A stretch of 64,000 bases of DNA from Sphaerodactylus townsendi (lineage: Eukaryota): contig NC_059430.1 of the NCBI RefSeq assembly GCF_021028975.2, positions 10,974,001-11,038,000 on the forward strand, in the 5' to 3' direction. The stretch's first letter is position 1. The number at the start of each line of letters is the position of its first letter. A model generated the notes under the pieces. It was given only the letters and a program-made list of their open reading frames with translations, searched no databases and was not told the origin of the DNA. Positions 1-14,600 of this stretch are shown piece by piece. A program made the position numbers and the translations under genes.

Positions 1-157
1 CTTCCCAGTTTGGTATTTGTAACATTTTTAATGGACTGTAAGATTCCTTTCCGGATCAACATATGTCTATGTCGGCTATCATGACGATGCCAGTCTACGT
101 AGATGGTTAAAAGCACATGGACATAGCCTCTGTCTACTGCTCTCCTGGCATTTGTTT
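1..157 (-). CDS. AGTPBP1: AGTPBP1 coding exon 9 (truncated by window edge)
   Basis: [52 protein letters not shown]; acceptor at 158-159. Confidence 0.96.
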
Positions 158-3100
158 CTTGGGGGGAAAAAGATTTTAAAGTTATCGAGCCATTTTAAAG
201 TATCAAACCCAGTAAGAATCAAATAAGTGACTTTTTTGAGAAAAAAAATCTACAATGCATATTTATCTCTACAAGACATATTTATCTTATTCTCACATTA
301 CCAATTTAGCAAACATTAAGGGTGGAACATATGAAATGGTTCTCAAGGTTGACAGAGACCTAACATTTCAAGGCCAAGCTATTGATCTCAATAGACGTGA
401 GCCACTATAGTAACTCAGTATAATATAATGCCAAAAGCAGGACAGTCCCGCCTTAAAACAACTTGTCCCCACAGTCTCCGCAGGTTTTTCTCAAGTGTCC
501 CCGTTTTGAAGGCTGTCAGAACTGCCTTCTGGGCGCAAGCGCAGTGCAGTAGCCTCATGCTGGGAAGCTGCAGGGAGCCGCATCGCCTTCAGTGCTCCTG
601 CTTCCGGGCCTCCAGACAGGGCTGGAAACCAGAGCATCCCAGAAGGTAAAAGCGCCTCATGGGTTGCATCGCACGCTAAGGCCGCACCCATCCCGGTTCA
701 CAAAGGTGACCATCTGGTCACCTTAATATAGTAAGAAGACTGATTTTCATTGCTCACACTTTTTCCTTTAACTTCCTTTGTAGAATCATCTACCAGCAAG
801 AAATTCCAACACACAAAAGTATACATTCCATCGCAACCTATAAAATATCATCTTTCAGTTTTATCACTGTGTAGGCTTACAACACCCAGCAGACAGACTG
901 TATTCTGAACTTCCAAATATAGTTTTGTTAAATTTTAAACCACACACTTACTTGATTTTAGCAAGGCAGCAAGAGTGTCTAAAGCAACCCTGTGAACATA
1001 AAAAGAAACAGATTTAAACAATAATTCTGGTCATTAAGCACCCTATGAACAGACCTGTAGTCCCAAAGTCTGATAATACAATTCCTCGTTGAAATGACTA
1101 TTAATTCAAAATATTTTATTATTTCTTTTATGTTTATTATTTTTTTTCTCCAGCTTTATACACAGACGTACTCACCCAGACAAGATGACTGGTTGAATGA
1201 CTATCTTTTCAAAATAATATTTCCTCCAATTTTAGGAGTATTTCTTTTTTCACTTTAATGTGTGTGTGGATCTTGTGGATATTTTACTCTGGCTGATTCT
1301 GCATGGGCCAAAAAACAGCGGTGTGAAAAAGGTGTGGAAACAGTATAAACCCTTTTACACTGTTTTAAACCATTTTACACCATTTTCACACTGCTGTTTT
1401 TGGCCCATGCGGAATCAGCCTCAGACTCTGGCTTAAGAAAAAACTGAATACATAGAATTAAAGACTAATAATATTCCACTATTAATGATGTGTCCATAGC
1501 CTCATCTCGTCTCCTTGACTTCCAACATGGCTGAAGTTCATTTTCTACAGCCTTAAAAAAATCTGCTACCATTAGTTGATCCCAGCACAGCCAGCTGGAC
1601 GATAGCACTTCATGACTACTATAGTCTTAATTCTAACAGGGCAAACCTAAGACCACTTTCCTCAGAATAACCTGTCTAAATAGATCTGACTAGGATTCTG
1701 AGTAGCCCTGCTTAGGTTGTTTTCTAAGGCCCCTTCCACACACACAAAATAATGCGTTTTCAAACCACTTTCACAACTGTTTGCAAGTGGATTTTGCTAT
1801 TCCACACAGCTTTAAAGAGCACTGAAAGCAGTTTGAAAGTGCATTATTCTGCATGTGCGGAATGAGCCTTAGCTTCAGACACAGAGAACAAAAGAGAACA
1901 AACTTTGATAATATGAGTAAGGGCACTTTCGCACGTGCAAAACAATGAACTTTCAATTCACTTTCACAATTGTTCGCAAGTGGATTTTGTTATTTCGCAC
2001 AGTACAAATCGGGCTGCAAAGTGCATTGAAAGTGGATTGTAGTATATTTGTGAGTACATGGAACTGTAAATTTATAAGGACAAGTTTTATATTTAAAAGA
2101 GTTTATAAAAGGAAAATCAGAAATGTACATACAGTTCAAAAATTAGAAGACATAAGAGTGGAAAGGGAAGAAAAATACAAGAATTCAGAACTTTCTGACA
2201 ATGCCTCATTAAAATTCAGGTAGAATCCTGTAACATCGAGACTATACTATAATGCACTCTTTGTAGGTCTCCCCTCAAAGTCAACTCTGAGACATCAGTT
2301 GGAGCAGAATGCTGCAGCTTGGTTTTTATTAAGAGCTAAATGAAGCATGCATATTGCTACCATTCTGTAGTCACTTCATCAACTGCCCTCTAGCAACTGA
2401 GTTCAATTGTTTAACATGCAGAAAGCAGTTTTGTTTAGTTTCATTTTTGTTTCAGATTTTTGCTTGGTTTTAGAGTTTCACAATTACAATCTTAGTACAT
2501 CAATTCCTGCATGTTCCATCTTATTGAAGAAGAAGAAGAGTTTGGATTTATATCCTCCCTTTCTCTCCTGCAGGAGACTCAAAGGGGCTGACAATCTCCT
2601 TGCCCTTCCCCCCTCACAACAAACACCCTGTGAGGTGGGTGGGGCTGAGAGAGCTCTGAGAAGCTGTGACTAGCCCGAGGTCACCCAGCTGATGCGGTGG
2701 TGGAGTGCACAGGATAAATCTGAATTCTAGATAAGTTCTCTCCAGAGCCTGTAGGCGGCAGAGCTGGGAATCAAACCCGGTTCCTCCAGATTAGATACAC
2801 GAGCTCTTAACCTCCTACGCCACTGCTGCTCCTGTATTGACTGCATTGATTTACACTGTGTAATCTGCCTTGAGTCTCAATGAGAAAGGAAGATTATAAA
2901 CAATGTAAACAATATAAAAACTTATTCAAAGATTTTTCTCAAAATATTTTCAAAGATGACTGTAGCCCAGGGCTGGAGTGAGGGGGCACCCCTGCCACGC
3001 CTCCGCACTGGAATGCCCCCGGGATGCCCCCCCGCCATGCCCTCACTGGAGATGCCCCCCCAATCTCCTGTACGCGTCTGATGTAGCCGTATGGCTTCTC

Positions 3101-5614
3101 CAGTTGTACAAAAGCCACAGAGGTTCAGTCATGCCATTTCCCTTCTCATCTCAAATACCAGCTGCCCTTCTATTAAAATAAATATTTCAGTGGCATTTCA
3201 AACGTGCTAATCAAACTACTGAGTATTTTACTTACTTCATAAGGCCAGTGTTTTTCTTGCTGAAAGGACCAATGATCTTAAACAACAGCTCCACCACTCC
3301 ATTCTTACCCAAGGACACAGCATTTACAGCTGAAAAGGTTTGGAATATGATTTTAATTGAAACGCAAAAGTATTAATGTGATACTTTATAATCAATGTAT
3401 AAGCAACTAAGGCAGGGTTGGGAGGGTTTTAATAAGGGTTTTATCGCTGGACGCCGTTTTATTGCATTGACCGCTGTATTTTAATTTTAATGGGTTTTAG
3501 TTGTATGTTGGTTGTGAAGTTATACAGCAAAGTTGTACGCCTAGAGTTCCTTCTCGGGTAGGGCGGTATATAAAACCCAATAATAAATAAAATAAAATAA
3601 AGCGCTATCTTACTAACTTTTCCCCCTTCCATTAGAGAGAAGTTGCATGTTTGTTTCCCTCAAACCTTGTACACAAATGTCCAGTGAACTTTCAGAATGC
3701 TACATGGAACTGTTTGGGAGCAGAGGTGGGATCCAGCAGGTTCCTCACAGGTTCCCCGAGTAGGTTACACACCATTTGTGTGTGCCGAGAGGGGGTTACT
3801 CATTGGTGATTTTGCCATAACTTCATTTTTGCCTTTAGTAAGCACGCCTCCTCTCTGTAGCAGTAGCACGCGAAAGAACTTGAAGCCAAGCCTAGCAGGA
3901 GGTGCACCGGGCGCATGGTGGCAGCCTGCTTCATGCGGCACTTCGCTTCCTCGGCCTAAGGATTCCACCATGCGATGGCCAAGGCCCTTTGCTACAGCCC
4001 CCTGCCCAGGAATGCCCCTCGGCCTCTGGAATGCCCCCCCGGCCACACTCTGTCGCAAGGTCTCCGCCCAGCCCCATTGGCGCTACGCCACAGTTTGAAT
4101 CCCACCACCATGGGAACCTGTTACTAAAATTTTTGGATCCCGCCACTGGTTTGGAGGTATTATGCTACAGAATGCTTGTTGTTTCTCTTGGATGTTATTA
4201 AGCACTAGTGATGGAAGCAATTTGCTCTGCTCAAGTCATACTTAGACCACCAATTTCGAGTGGTATCTGTGAAGATCTGAATAAGCTTTCCTTAAACTAT
4301 ACTGCAAACATTTCCGGAATGAGTGTTTATACACTGCTACTTAGGAGCTGCAGCTCTAGGGAGGGAAGGAAGATAACTGTGACCTATAGAGCATCGCACA
4401 TTGAATGCACTGTCCCATTACCAGCTGTTCTAATGCACCAATTTTGTCATTTACTAGCTGCATGGCTTCCCTCATGAAAGCAGGAGCCGCAGCAGCAGTT
4501 CCAGGGGCAATACAACTTGCAAGGTAGTTACCCTGTTTCCTAATATAACAACAACACATCCCTCCAAAAATAAGAATCTAGGTAGAGGTTTTCTTTGCTG
4601 AATGTGCTAAATATAAATCATCCCCTCGAAAAGTAAGAGATGTAGCAAAGTTTTTTCTTTATGTTTGGAAGCATGCCCGACTTTAACAGAACACAGAAAA
4701 ATAAGACATCCCCCTGAAAAATAAGACATAGCGCATCTTTGGGAGCAAAAATTAATATAAGATACTGTCTTATTTTCGGGGAAACACGGTAGCAATTGTT
4801 AGCCAAGGCAAGGAAGCTACTACTAGGGCCCAATTGCTATAGTCTCCCCCAAGTCTTCTTCCTATATGCAAAAGCAACAGATCAATTCTAGTAAATGGTT
4901 CCTTGTAAGGCAGGAATTACAATAGCAGATAGGAATAAAAAACATATTTACACCATGTTTTGTGGTGTAACATATTTTTCTTTAAATTGATCTCCTGGTC
5001 ACCTTTGCAAGAATTCTTAATGTCAGTGCCAATGTAACCTTGAGTCAAAGTTATAACTGGTTAAACAGTTCCACCTCCATTTACTGATGGTGTAATGTCC
5101 ACATAAGTCATGCCTAATAATAAATTCAATAAGACTTAATATTAAAGGGGTCTGCCGTGCCACAACAGAGGCAGATGACTTCTTGAAAACAGGAAACAGT
5201 CACATACCAGCAATTAAGGACAAACAAGGTCTAGCGCTGCGCTAGTGGATGGGATGCAAAATCCCCTGTACTTGTTTTTGACATTAACATGCAGGTGTTC
5301 TCATTCTGTATATTAGACATCAAAATAAATGGTATCAGAGGGAAAAAGCCGAAGTTCTTACAGTTGGTTGAGTATACTCGTAACACTTGAAGACAAGGCA
5401 GTATTAATCTTTGATTCTGTAAGTTTTGCTTCACTATGTTTAGGGTTATGTTTAGAGCACCACTAATTCTGGCTTTGACTCCAATTTTTTTATCTGAAAA
5501 TGAAAATCAATAGAAATCTTAGCACATATGCAAATTAAAATTTATCCAAATACACTCTCAGAATTAAATTTTAAAAACTACTACATGCTTAAGGTATATC
5601 ACAGCACAGTCCAT

Positions 5615-5673
<59 letters not shown>

Positions 5674-8600
5674 CACTATGAAAGAGGCATGAACCTTGCC
5701 CCTCCCCCTTCCCCTGCCGCCCAGCCAGACTGCTTACGAGCTTTTTTCAGCCGGCTGCTGGTAAGCAGGAGGGGGGAGTGGCTGCGGGGGGCTGTGTGAG
5801 TTGGGGGCGGGGCCGTGGGGGTGGCGCCCAGGCACCACTTTGCCCCAGGCGCCATTTTCTCCCCCTGCGCCCCTGCTGACCACCAGATCTATTAAAAAAC
5901 CCAGCCAGAAGCTGCCAAACCCCATAAGGTACGGCATGCAGCCTGGGATGCTGTCTGTCAGTTCTATGCCATGGGGGCTTAAAACAAGAGGGACAGCACT
6001 CAGGGTGTAAATAAATATCTAAATCTTTGTTTGAACTCTATCTGCCCCTGGTGCCAATTTAATGTTAGAAAAACATTAAATTGGCACTAGGGGCAGATAG
6101 AGTTCAAACAAAGATTTAGTCTGAAAAGACTGAAAAGAATAGAATACTGAGTGCCTACACAGAGTTGACCATTTTTCTGAATGTAAAAGTGCCTTGTGGG
6201 GGCTAATCTATCATACCTTGTACATCTACTGCAGGGTTCAGAGGGATCCAAGCTTGGAAACCCCATTCTCAGTGTTGGAAGGCCAGAGCCTGCATGGCCA
6301 TGGGGACCGCCATCTGATCAGATGGTCTATTCATATGTCCAATCCCTTGGCTTCATTCTCTGGTGGAATCCTAGCTCTTAGCAGTTTCAAAATGGTACAA
6401 CAGCTCAATCATCAATCCAGTTGTGATTTAAAATCAGTAGGGACATTGGGGTGTTTCTGGGCTGTATGGCCGTGTTCTAGTAGCATTTTCTCCTGACGTT
6501 TTGCCTGCATCTGTGGTTGGCATCTTCAGAGGATCTGAAGGGACATTACATAGATACCTGACTTGTCAACAAATCTATAACATATTGTTGTCTGGACAAT
6601 CCCTGTGGGCTGGCTATGGTGTCCAGCAGTCAAATCAAGAGTATAATTTCCTGATTTTCTTACTGTTATGTAACAATGATAGCAAGTCCAGCTCACCTTT
6701 TGGACCAATCTTTGCAAGGAGAGAATGAAGTAGCACCATTAAGTCTTCATTTGGTGGGGAATCTTTGCTGACATTCACAAGCAGTTGCAGTAAGATTTGT
6801 GTTCCGCCTTTAGAAACAAGAATACTTGTTCTCCGGCTACCACCTAGGAATAACATATAAGCAACAGCAATCCTAAATTACACAGACCTTGGTGAAATTC
6901 AGGGTCATTTTGACAGATTTTCTTGTCGCTTTCGCACGCCCATATACGACGCTCAGCGTAAAACGCCGCCTCTGCTGCCGTTAAGATGAGCGCCGCTGCT
7001 GCAATGCAGCAGCGGCGACCTGACTCGCCTTCCTTGTGGGCGGGCGTCTTCGTCGCCAAAACAACAACCCTTTAAAGGGTTGTTGTTTAGAGGAAGCGCC
7101 CGGCGGCGCTGGGCGCGAACCATACCGGAAGATGCTTTTCCTCATTTGTTCGCTTAAACAGGAGTCGCTACATCGCTGTCCTCCGGACTTCCAGGGGTCG
7201 GAGGACAGCGTATGGGCTTCCACGGCAGCAGGGCATGACCGGGGACATCGTGGCGGGGAAGGAGTAGGGGAGGGCGTCTGCGAGTCACGCCGGCCGCCTG
7301 GTTTCTGCTCGGCCCGCTCATGCGAATGCCTCCACGCCGTATGAACTCACGGGCGTAGCTACCGGAGGCCGTGCGGAAACGGCCTTAAATTATCTGAGAA
7401 TATAAAAATCCAGAAATATCCCAAGTCAACGAAAACTCCACTATTTGCAATTTAATATAAACTTACCCACTGCTACCAACTCAATCAGGATGTTTAAGAT
7501 ATTTAGTGTCGTTTGAAGATCTCTTGTGTTCTGAAATGAACAAAGATTTCAAATATTTTTTAAAAAAACTTCTTGCATACACAAAAATTTGTAGCACAAG
7601 TTAAAAGTATTATTTGCTCAATTAAGATTTAATTTAAATAACGTAAAATATCTGCCTTACAGAATCTAATCAGACATGAAATACATACAAGAACATCTTA
7701 AATATTATATTTCCTAATCTCTGACATAAGCAACATTTCAAGGGGCTTTATTTTGGCTGTACCATTTCCTATATTTTCTCCTTATATAACAATTGTAGTC
7801 GAACAAGTTTTCATTTGTCTTAAACGTCTCAACTGCACACCACCAGGTTTTCTATTATGAGGTGAATATGATGCTTAAAAATGTTTCCATTCCATTCAAG
7901 AAACGGTCTCACTCAATTACAAACATAAAAAGTCAATTAAAGAACTGACTTGTCAGACAGATTTCATAACTAACAGAGGCTGATTCCGCATGGGCCAAAA
8001 ACAGCAGTGTGAAAACGGTGTGAAAATGGTGTAAAAGGGTTTATACTGTTTTCACACCGTTTTCACACCGCTGTTTTTGGCCCATGCAGAATCAGCCTGA
8101 GAAAAAAAGCTTTGGTTGTGGTAAGGAAGTCCCAGTGATTCACTATAAACATAAAACCAATACCTCTAATGTTGAGAGAATAACTTCAATGCCTGTTGAA
8201 CCTTTGGCAGTCATCTCCTTCTTTATTTTTTCTGAAAAATTAAAGATGTTTATTTTTAGTGCGTGTGTGTTTATCTGCACAGGAAATTAATTATAAATGC
8301 GTATGATATCAAAAGATGCAGAAAGGCTATACTTGTGCTGAAGATACAAAAGCAAAGTCCATAAGCAGAGGTGTAGCTGGGCCAGAGTGCGCCCGGTGTT
8401 GTCGTCCCCCCATGGTGCCCTGCCCCCCCCGCCCCCTCTTACCTTAGTTCAGCCTGGAAAAGTGGCCTGTTCCCTACAGACTGAAAACGGCCTGGTGGGA
8501 ACTACACTTCCCATGATACCCTGGGGCTCGCAAGGTCTCCAGGGAAGTGTAGTTCCCACCAGGCCATTTTCAGCCTGAAGAGAACATGCTGCTACTCCAG

Positions 8601-11600
8601 CCTGCACTGATTCACGAAGGTAAGTGTGTGTGTGTGAGGGAGCTCCACTGGCGGGGGGCAGGGGGAGATTTTCCACCCCACAGGCATGCACCTGGTGCAA
8701 TGCACATCCTTACAGCCCCCTGGTAGCTCCGCCTCTGCCCATAAGCTAGTTTCACTCCTTGTTCATTTCACTCCTTGTTCATTTCAGAACACAAGAGGTA
8801 GTTTCTTAATGGAGCCATAGTTTAAAAGTTTGTTTTACTTGCATATTTCATTAAAGGCCAGCAGTGACATCAAACTTCCATACTGGCCTACATTTTCTCC
8901 CCTGTGCCTCTCGTGTGGCTAGCTCCTAGCTCCTCTGTGCCAGTTCCTCTGTGCCAGCTCCTCTGTGCCTCCTAGCTCCTCTGTGCCAGCTCCTAGCTCC
9001 TCTGTGCCAGTTACACGAGGCCTGAAATTAATTTGGGCTATCTCCCCAGACAACATTGAAAGCCACTGGAGCAGCGGTGGGATCCAAAAACTCTGTTATC
9101 TGTTACTGAATCAAGTTCCCATACACTCCTGATGGCTTTATCTCATGTTTGCTGTCCGAGGGTGAGAACCTCCTGCGTGGATCCTCCCTCAATAACCACA
9201 CAACACTTCTGCTGGGATAAATCAATTGGCCGTAGCCATTTTATTATACAAAAACGGAAGTGCGAGGCCTAGCAGGGGTCATGATCTGATCGTGTTCTGC
9301 ATCATAGCGAAGCTCCCGCGGGCAGATGCCCGGTACTGGAGCTCCGCTCCGCTGAGGGGCTCTGCCAGGTGCACGCTCCTGGCAAGAGGTGTTCCTCCTT
9401 TGCCCCGTCAGGCAGGGCGGTTGCCTCTTGCCGCCGTGGGCCACTTGAAAGGGGGGGAAGAGATAGCTTCCTAGCTCCCTTCCCCTGGCCCTTCCGAATC
9501 AATACCCATGCACCAACTGCCAATGGCTATGACAAGAAAACGTGCATTCACAAAACTTATAAAGATAGGGAGAGGTGGGCGGGCAAATTGTCGGCCGGCC
9601 GAAGCACATGGCCGGCACAAAGGAGGGCTTGGTCCTTTAAAGACTCGGGCCAGCCCTCCTCCAGTGACATCTGCCCTGGCCTATCATGGCCAGAACTCTG
9701 CTTCCGCCCTTACATGGGCAGTGGCAGCCAGCTCCACTCCACCAACACACCCCGAGCGGCAACTGCAGCCCGTGGTGATTCACAGCTGTCTTTAACTACG
9801 AAGGTTTCATGGTTCTAAACACACCATGGGGCTTTCCCCACTGACAGAGTTGAACTGGTTTCTACCTAGGTTCGCCTCAGTGAATCCCACTGCCACCAAG
9901 CTCAACATTGTTTTGTCTCAGTCCCCCCTGCCCCTGAGAACTGCGACATCCTTGTCGCAGTTATGAACTACACTTTTCTGCCGGAACAAGGTCGATACCG
10001 CTTCGAAGCGGGGAAGCATTGAAACGACACCTCATCCAACCAATAACGAGCTGCTTTTGTGGCATGCGCAGAACAGGAGAGTCGTGGCGGGCAGAAAGCG
10101 CATGTAACTGTAAACTGTAAAAACTGTAAAAAAAAAAAAAGAACGCTCCCGTTTCCTGCCGTAACACAAGCGCCAATCACGATCAAGGAGCGAAACAGGC
10201 ACCAAGATGATCCCGCCCACTTAGCTTAGAGGGGGCCAACTCAGTTGCTGTGGGGACAGCCTGGAATCACCCTCCACTGAAGGGAACCGAGTCGACCTTA
10301 GCTCCCTTCTGTAGTGGGGAAAGCCCCCATCTTGTGTATCTAGCCCCTCTAACCTACTTTGGAACGACAGCAGGGTTTGGTTCCCACTGCTGTTTTCCTA
10401 GATGTACCTGTTGGGATTATTGGCTCCTAGATACCGTAACAAATCTACAGAATTAAACCTGTGCCTAAAAGTGAAATGTAGTACATATCAGCTAAGAAAG
10501 GAAAGCAAAGTTTATCGAAAAGAAGAAAATCAAGGCGATGTGATTTGGGATGAATTTAATATGCTGCACTCGTATTTACCTTGACTTTGAGTCAGATGGA
10601 GTATCTTTGATGTTACATATCTGGCAGAGTCCGTTTCCACCAAACATTCTGCGTTGATCTTCTCAAGTTGTGTCAATAAACTTACAATCCGAGAATTGTT
10701 AGTTACGCTATAAAGGGGGAAATATTATATCATAAACACAGAAACAGTGTAAACAGTTTACTTGTGCTGTAAGAGTCTGCCCCCACCCACACCCATAGTA
10801 TAGCCCAGGGGTCTGCAACCTGAGGCTCCGGAGCCGCATGCGGCTCTTTCAGCCTTTTACTGTGGCTCCGCGTGGCCTGGAGGTCAGAGGGTAGCGTGGG
10901 CATGTCCCTCCAGCCCTCCAGAGAAGTGCTGGAAGGAAAGGTGAGTGGAGGGGCCGAACCGGAGGCGGCTCCATGCGTGAGGGAACCGCTTTTCGCGTCC
11001 CCTCCACTCAAGTCTCCTTCCAGCTCTGCTCTGGAGGGCTGGAGGGACACGTCCACGCTGCCCTCCAACCCCTGGACGTCGGAGGGTAGTGTGGGCGTGT
11101 CCCTCCAGAGCAGCCACCATCCCCCCTCTGCCCCACGGAGCAGGCGGCTGCCTGCTCCATCAGGCAGAAGGGGTTTTTCCTGCCCGGTGCCTCCACCCCC
11201 TAGCGCTGGAAGAAAAGATGAGTGGAGGGGCTGAAACGGAGGTGGATCTTCGGGGTCATGGAAAACGGGTCCAAATGGCTCTTTAGGTGGTAAAGGTTGC
11301 TGACCCCTGGTATACCCTGAAGACTGTTAACATTACAGCTATGTTATTTGCATCCAGGAGAATCACAAAAAGATTCTTATGGGTTGCAAGTTAAGACTTC
11401 CCATAAGCCGGAGATTTTACTGTAAAATTGTGTAGTTGACACAACAGTAGCTTTACATAGGATTATCACAGCCAGCTTGGTCTTTGCTAGGAATTGGGAA
11501 GCAAAAACAAAACAAAACAAAAAACAGGACCCAAATTTACAACTGGCTGATGAAAGTAAGAGAAACCTACAGTCTGGTGAAACTAATACCCTACCAAAAA

Positions 11601-14600
11601 ACAGAGATATTTCTGGACTCATTATGGCCAAGGATTCTGCAGGAAATGTAACTTGCAGCAATGTGAGAGAGAGCAATTCTTAATTTCACACTATTTTAGT
11701 TCCTGTCCGGAAATTTCAGTGTCTATGTACTCAATCACGTGGATAAAACAGGTTCCAAATTATTAAATATTGAAAGATCCTGAGGGGGCGGGGCTAAGGG
11801 GGCAGCGCCCTGCCACCAAACCCCGCCTCCAGGTTGTCACTAGGCGTGTTCTCCGGGCACCATTTCTGGTCCTAGCTGAATAGCATTATATTTAATCTTG
11901 AATCAAGCCTAGAGTGTGGATCAAAAATCCACACACAGGTCAGGAACAGATGAGTGAGTTATTTTAACAAACCTGAATAAGGCCCAAGGGTTACAGGTCA
12001 CACATGCAAATCAAACTTGCTAACTGCACCCTTTACACTTGTTAACAGGCAAATGGTTCATCCCCANNNNNNNNNNNNNNNNNNNNNNNNNNNNNNNNNN
12101 NNNNNNNNNNNNNNNNNNNNNNNNNNNNNNNNNNNNNNNNNNNNNNNNNNNNNNNNNNNNNNNNNNNNNNNNNNNNNNNNNNNNNNNNNNNNNNNNNNNN
12201 NNNNNNNNNNNNNNNNNNNNNNNNNNNNNNNNNNNNNNNNNNNNNNNNNNNNNNNACCGCCCTCCCCCGGAGGGCTCAGGGCGGTGAACAGTAAAACATA
12301 AATAGAGCACATAAGACCAAGACTAAAAACCATTAAATTAGCTTTCTGGCTCTATAGAAAATAAAACCCCATCTCATTAAAACGCAACATACTAAAAACC
12401 ACATGACAGATGGCACCTACTATGAAATCCCCTGAAGAGAAAGGGAAGGGGACGGCAGGGTCCACTGATGTTGTAAAAGAAGGGGAGCCCATCAGCAACC
12501 AGCCTCCGCAAAGGCCCGGCGAAACAGCTCAGTCTTGCAGGCCCTGCGGAAATCATTGAGATCCTGCAGGGCCCTGACAGCTGGAGGGAGAGCGTTCCAC
12601 CAGGCCGGGGCCAGAGCTGTAAAAGCTCTGGCCCAGGTAGAGACTAGCCGCATCATATATACTCCACTTGTTTTACTACCATCAGATCCTCTGAAGATGC
12701 CAGCCACAGATGCAGGCCAAACGTCAGGAGAAAATGCTACTGGAACACGGCCATACAGCCCGGAAACCCCACAACGTCCCAGTGATTCTGGCCATGAAAG
12801 TCATCGACAACACATTGGTTACAGGAAACATTAATTTTTAGCAAGTTATATAGGGGAATTACCTACTCCTCTCCCAACAACAGAAACAACACCTGCAATT
12901 TTGAAAGAGGAATGCCCATGGAGATCTTGTACAACTCCATTTTGAAATCCTCTGGGCCATTTTGGAGGTTGCTAGTCAACCACAGCGGTACTGCCAAGCC
13001 TCGGTTTCTGTCAGTCCGAAGATGGCGTGGGGGGAGAGAGGATACTGGGAAAGGAAAATACTGAGCAGGGAGGAAGGAAACGGGGAAAGGAAAGGTTGAA
13101 GGGAGGGACAGAAAAAGGAAGTTAGGCAGGTGAGAGAGAAAGGGGGAAACTGCCAGGACAGGGAAGGGTTAAAAAAAATTAAAGTTGGTATGTGAGGTCA
13201 TTTAAGGGTTTAAGGTACGGGTTTGAAAGATCAAGGAAGTAGGGAAAGGGGGGAGGCTATGAGGGCTGCCAAGGAAAAGGAAAGAGGAAACACTGTGGGG
13301 AAAGGGTACAGGTGGGCAGGCACATAAGTAGGGTGGGACATGCCAGGACTTGTGCTGGGGCCCCCCATGATTGGGGGGCCCTGGCTGCCCCTTTGTGAGA
13401 AAGGAAGAGGGTCATTGCGTGATGCTCTGCGGCTCACCCAATTAACAATAGCTTCCTGGAGGTGAAGGGAACCGTGTCATCTGGACCAATGTTGGGATTC
13501 AAATAAATTAACAACCGGTTCCGGTGGTGAGATTCAAATAACATAAACAACTGGTTGTTTACAAGCACCATTTCAACAACCAGTTCTGCCGAAGTGGTGC
13601 AAACCTGCTGAATCCCAACCACTGATCTGGACCCAATACAGACTCAGACTGGAGGGTAGAGGGAGCTAAAGGCACTCGAGACACTTTGCAGGGAAATCGG
13701 CGGCAATTAATTTGGCAATAATTTTGCCTAGCAAGTTGATATTATTCAATATTCCTGACTATATAGCAGCAGTGGCGTGGGAGGTTAAGAGCTCGTGTAT
13801 CTAATCTGGAGGAACCGGGTTTGATTCCCCGCTCTGCTGCCTGAGCTGTGGAGGCTTATCTCGGGAATTCAGATTAGCCTGCGCACTCCCACACACGCCA
13901 GCTGGGTGACCTTGGGCTAGTCACAGCTTCTCGGAGCTCCCTCAGCCCCACCCACCTCACAGGGTGTGAGGGGGGAAGGGCAAGGAGACTGTCAGCCCCT
14001 TTGAGTCTCCTGCAGGAGAGAAAGGGGGGATATAAATCCAAACTCTTCTTCTTCTTCTTCTATATGATCTCACTGGCATTCGGAAATGGAGCAAAGAGCT
14101 GCTCTGCTATTCCCACACTTTAAAAAAAAAGTGGTCTGCTCTTGGATTTTCAATAGCAGGTGGGGTGCTGGAGTTCAACAGGTAAAAATCCAATCCATTG
14201 TGCAGGGTTGCCAATCTCCAGGTGGGGTCTGGAGATCATCCACACTCACAATTAATCTTCAGGCAGCCTAACAGTTGCTTGGAATTGCGGGGCGGGGGGG
14301 GGGGGCGGGGGGCACAGTTTCAGCCCTTGCTCTGGGAGGCATTTTTCTGTAGATGGGCCCCTGTAGGTGGGAAGTGATTTGCTGCCTGCTAGTCCATATG
14401 GATCTACTGCAAATGCAACACAGGAAGGGGATGCTATGGTGTCAAAGTTTGGGGGTCGTGCTCTGTAGTCTTGCAGTTAATCTCCTTTGCAGTTCATTCT
14501 CCTTTGCAGTCGTGGTTTGTCGCTTTTGTAGTTATGTTCTGTAGTCTATCCCTTTTTGTAGCTAAATTCTGTAGCCGATCCCTTTTGATAGATAGATAGA

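Noticed and set aside
6925-7384. Intronic CpG island as an alternative AGTPBP1 promoter
   Set aside because: Bounded by inverted repeats; better explained as a young CpG-rich TIR element.
9226-9818. Cluster of 66-149 aa ORFs in a GC-rich intronic segment
   Set aside because: No recognisable domain or splice context; probably an unclassified TE fragment that I could not assign.
12017-12333. ORFs spanning N runs (also at 31.5-31.9 kb and 34.8-35.2 kb)
   Set aside because: Open only because of assembly gaps.
13765-13840. tRNA gene-like A/B boxes (here and in all sibling copies)
   Set aside because: SINE heads continuing into the CORE and tail; no complete cloverleaf.
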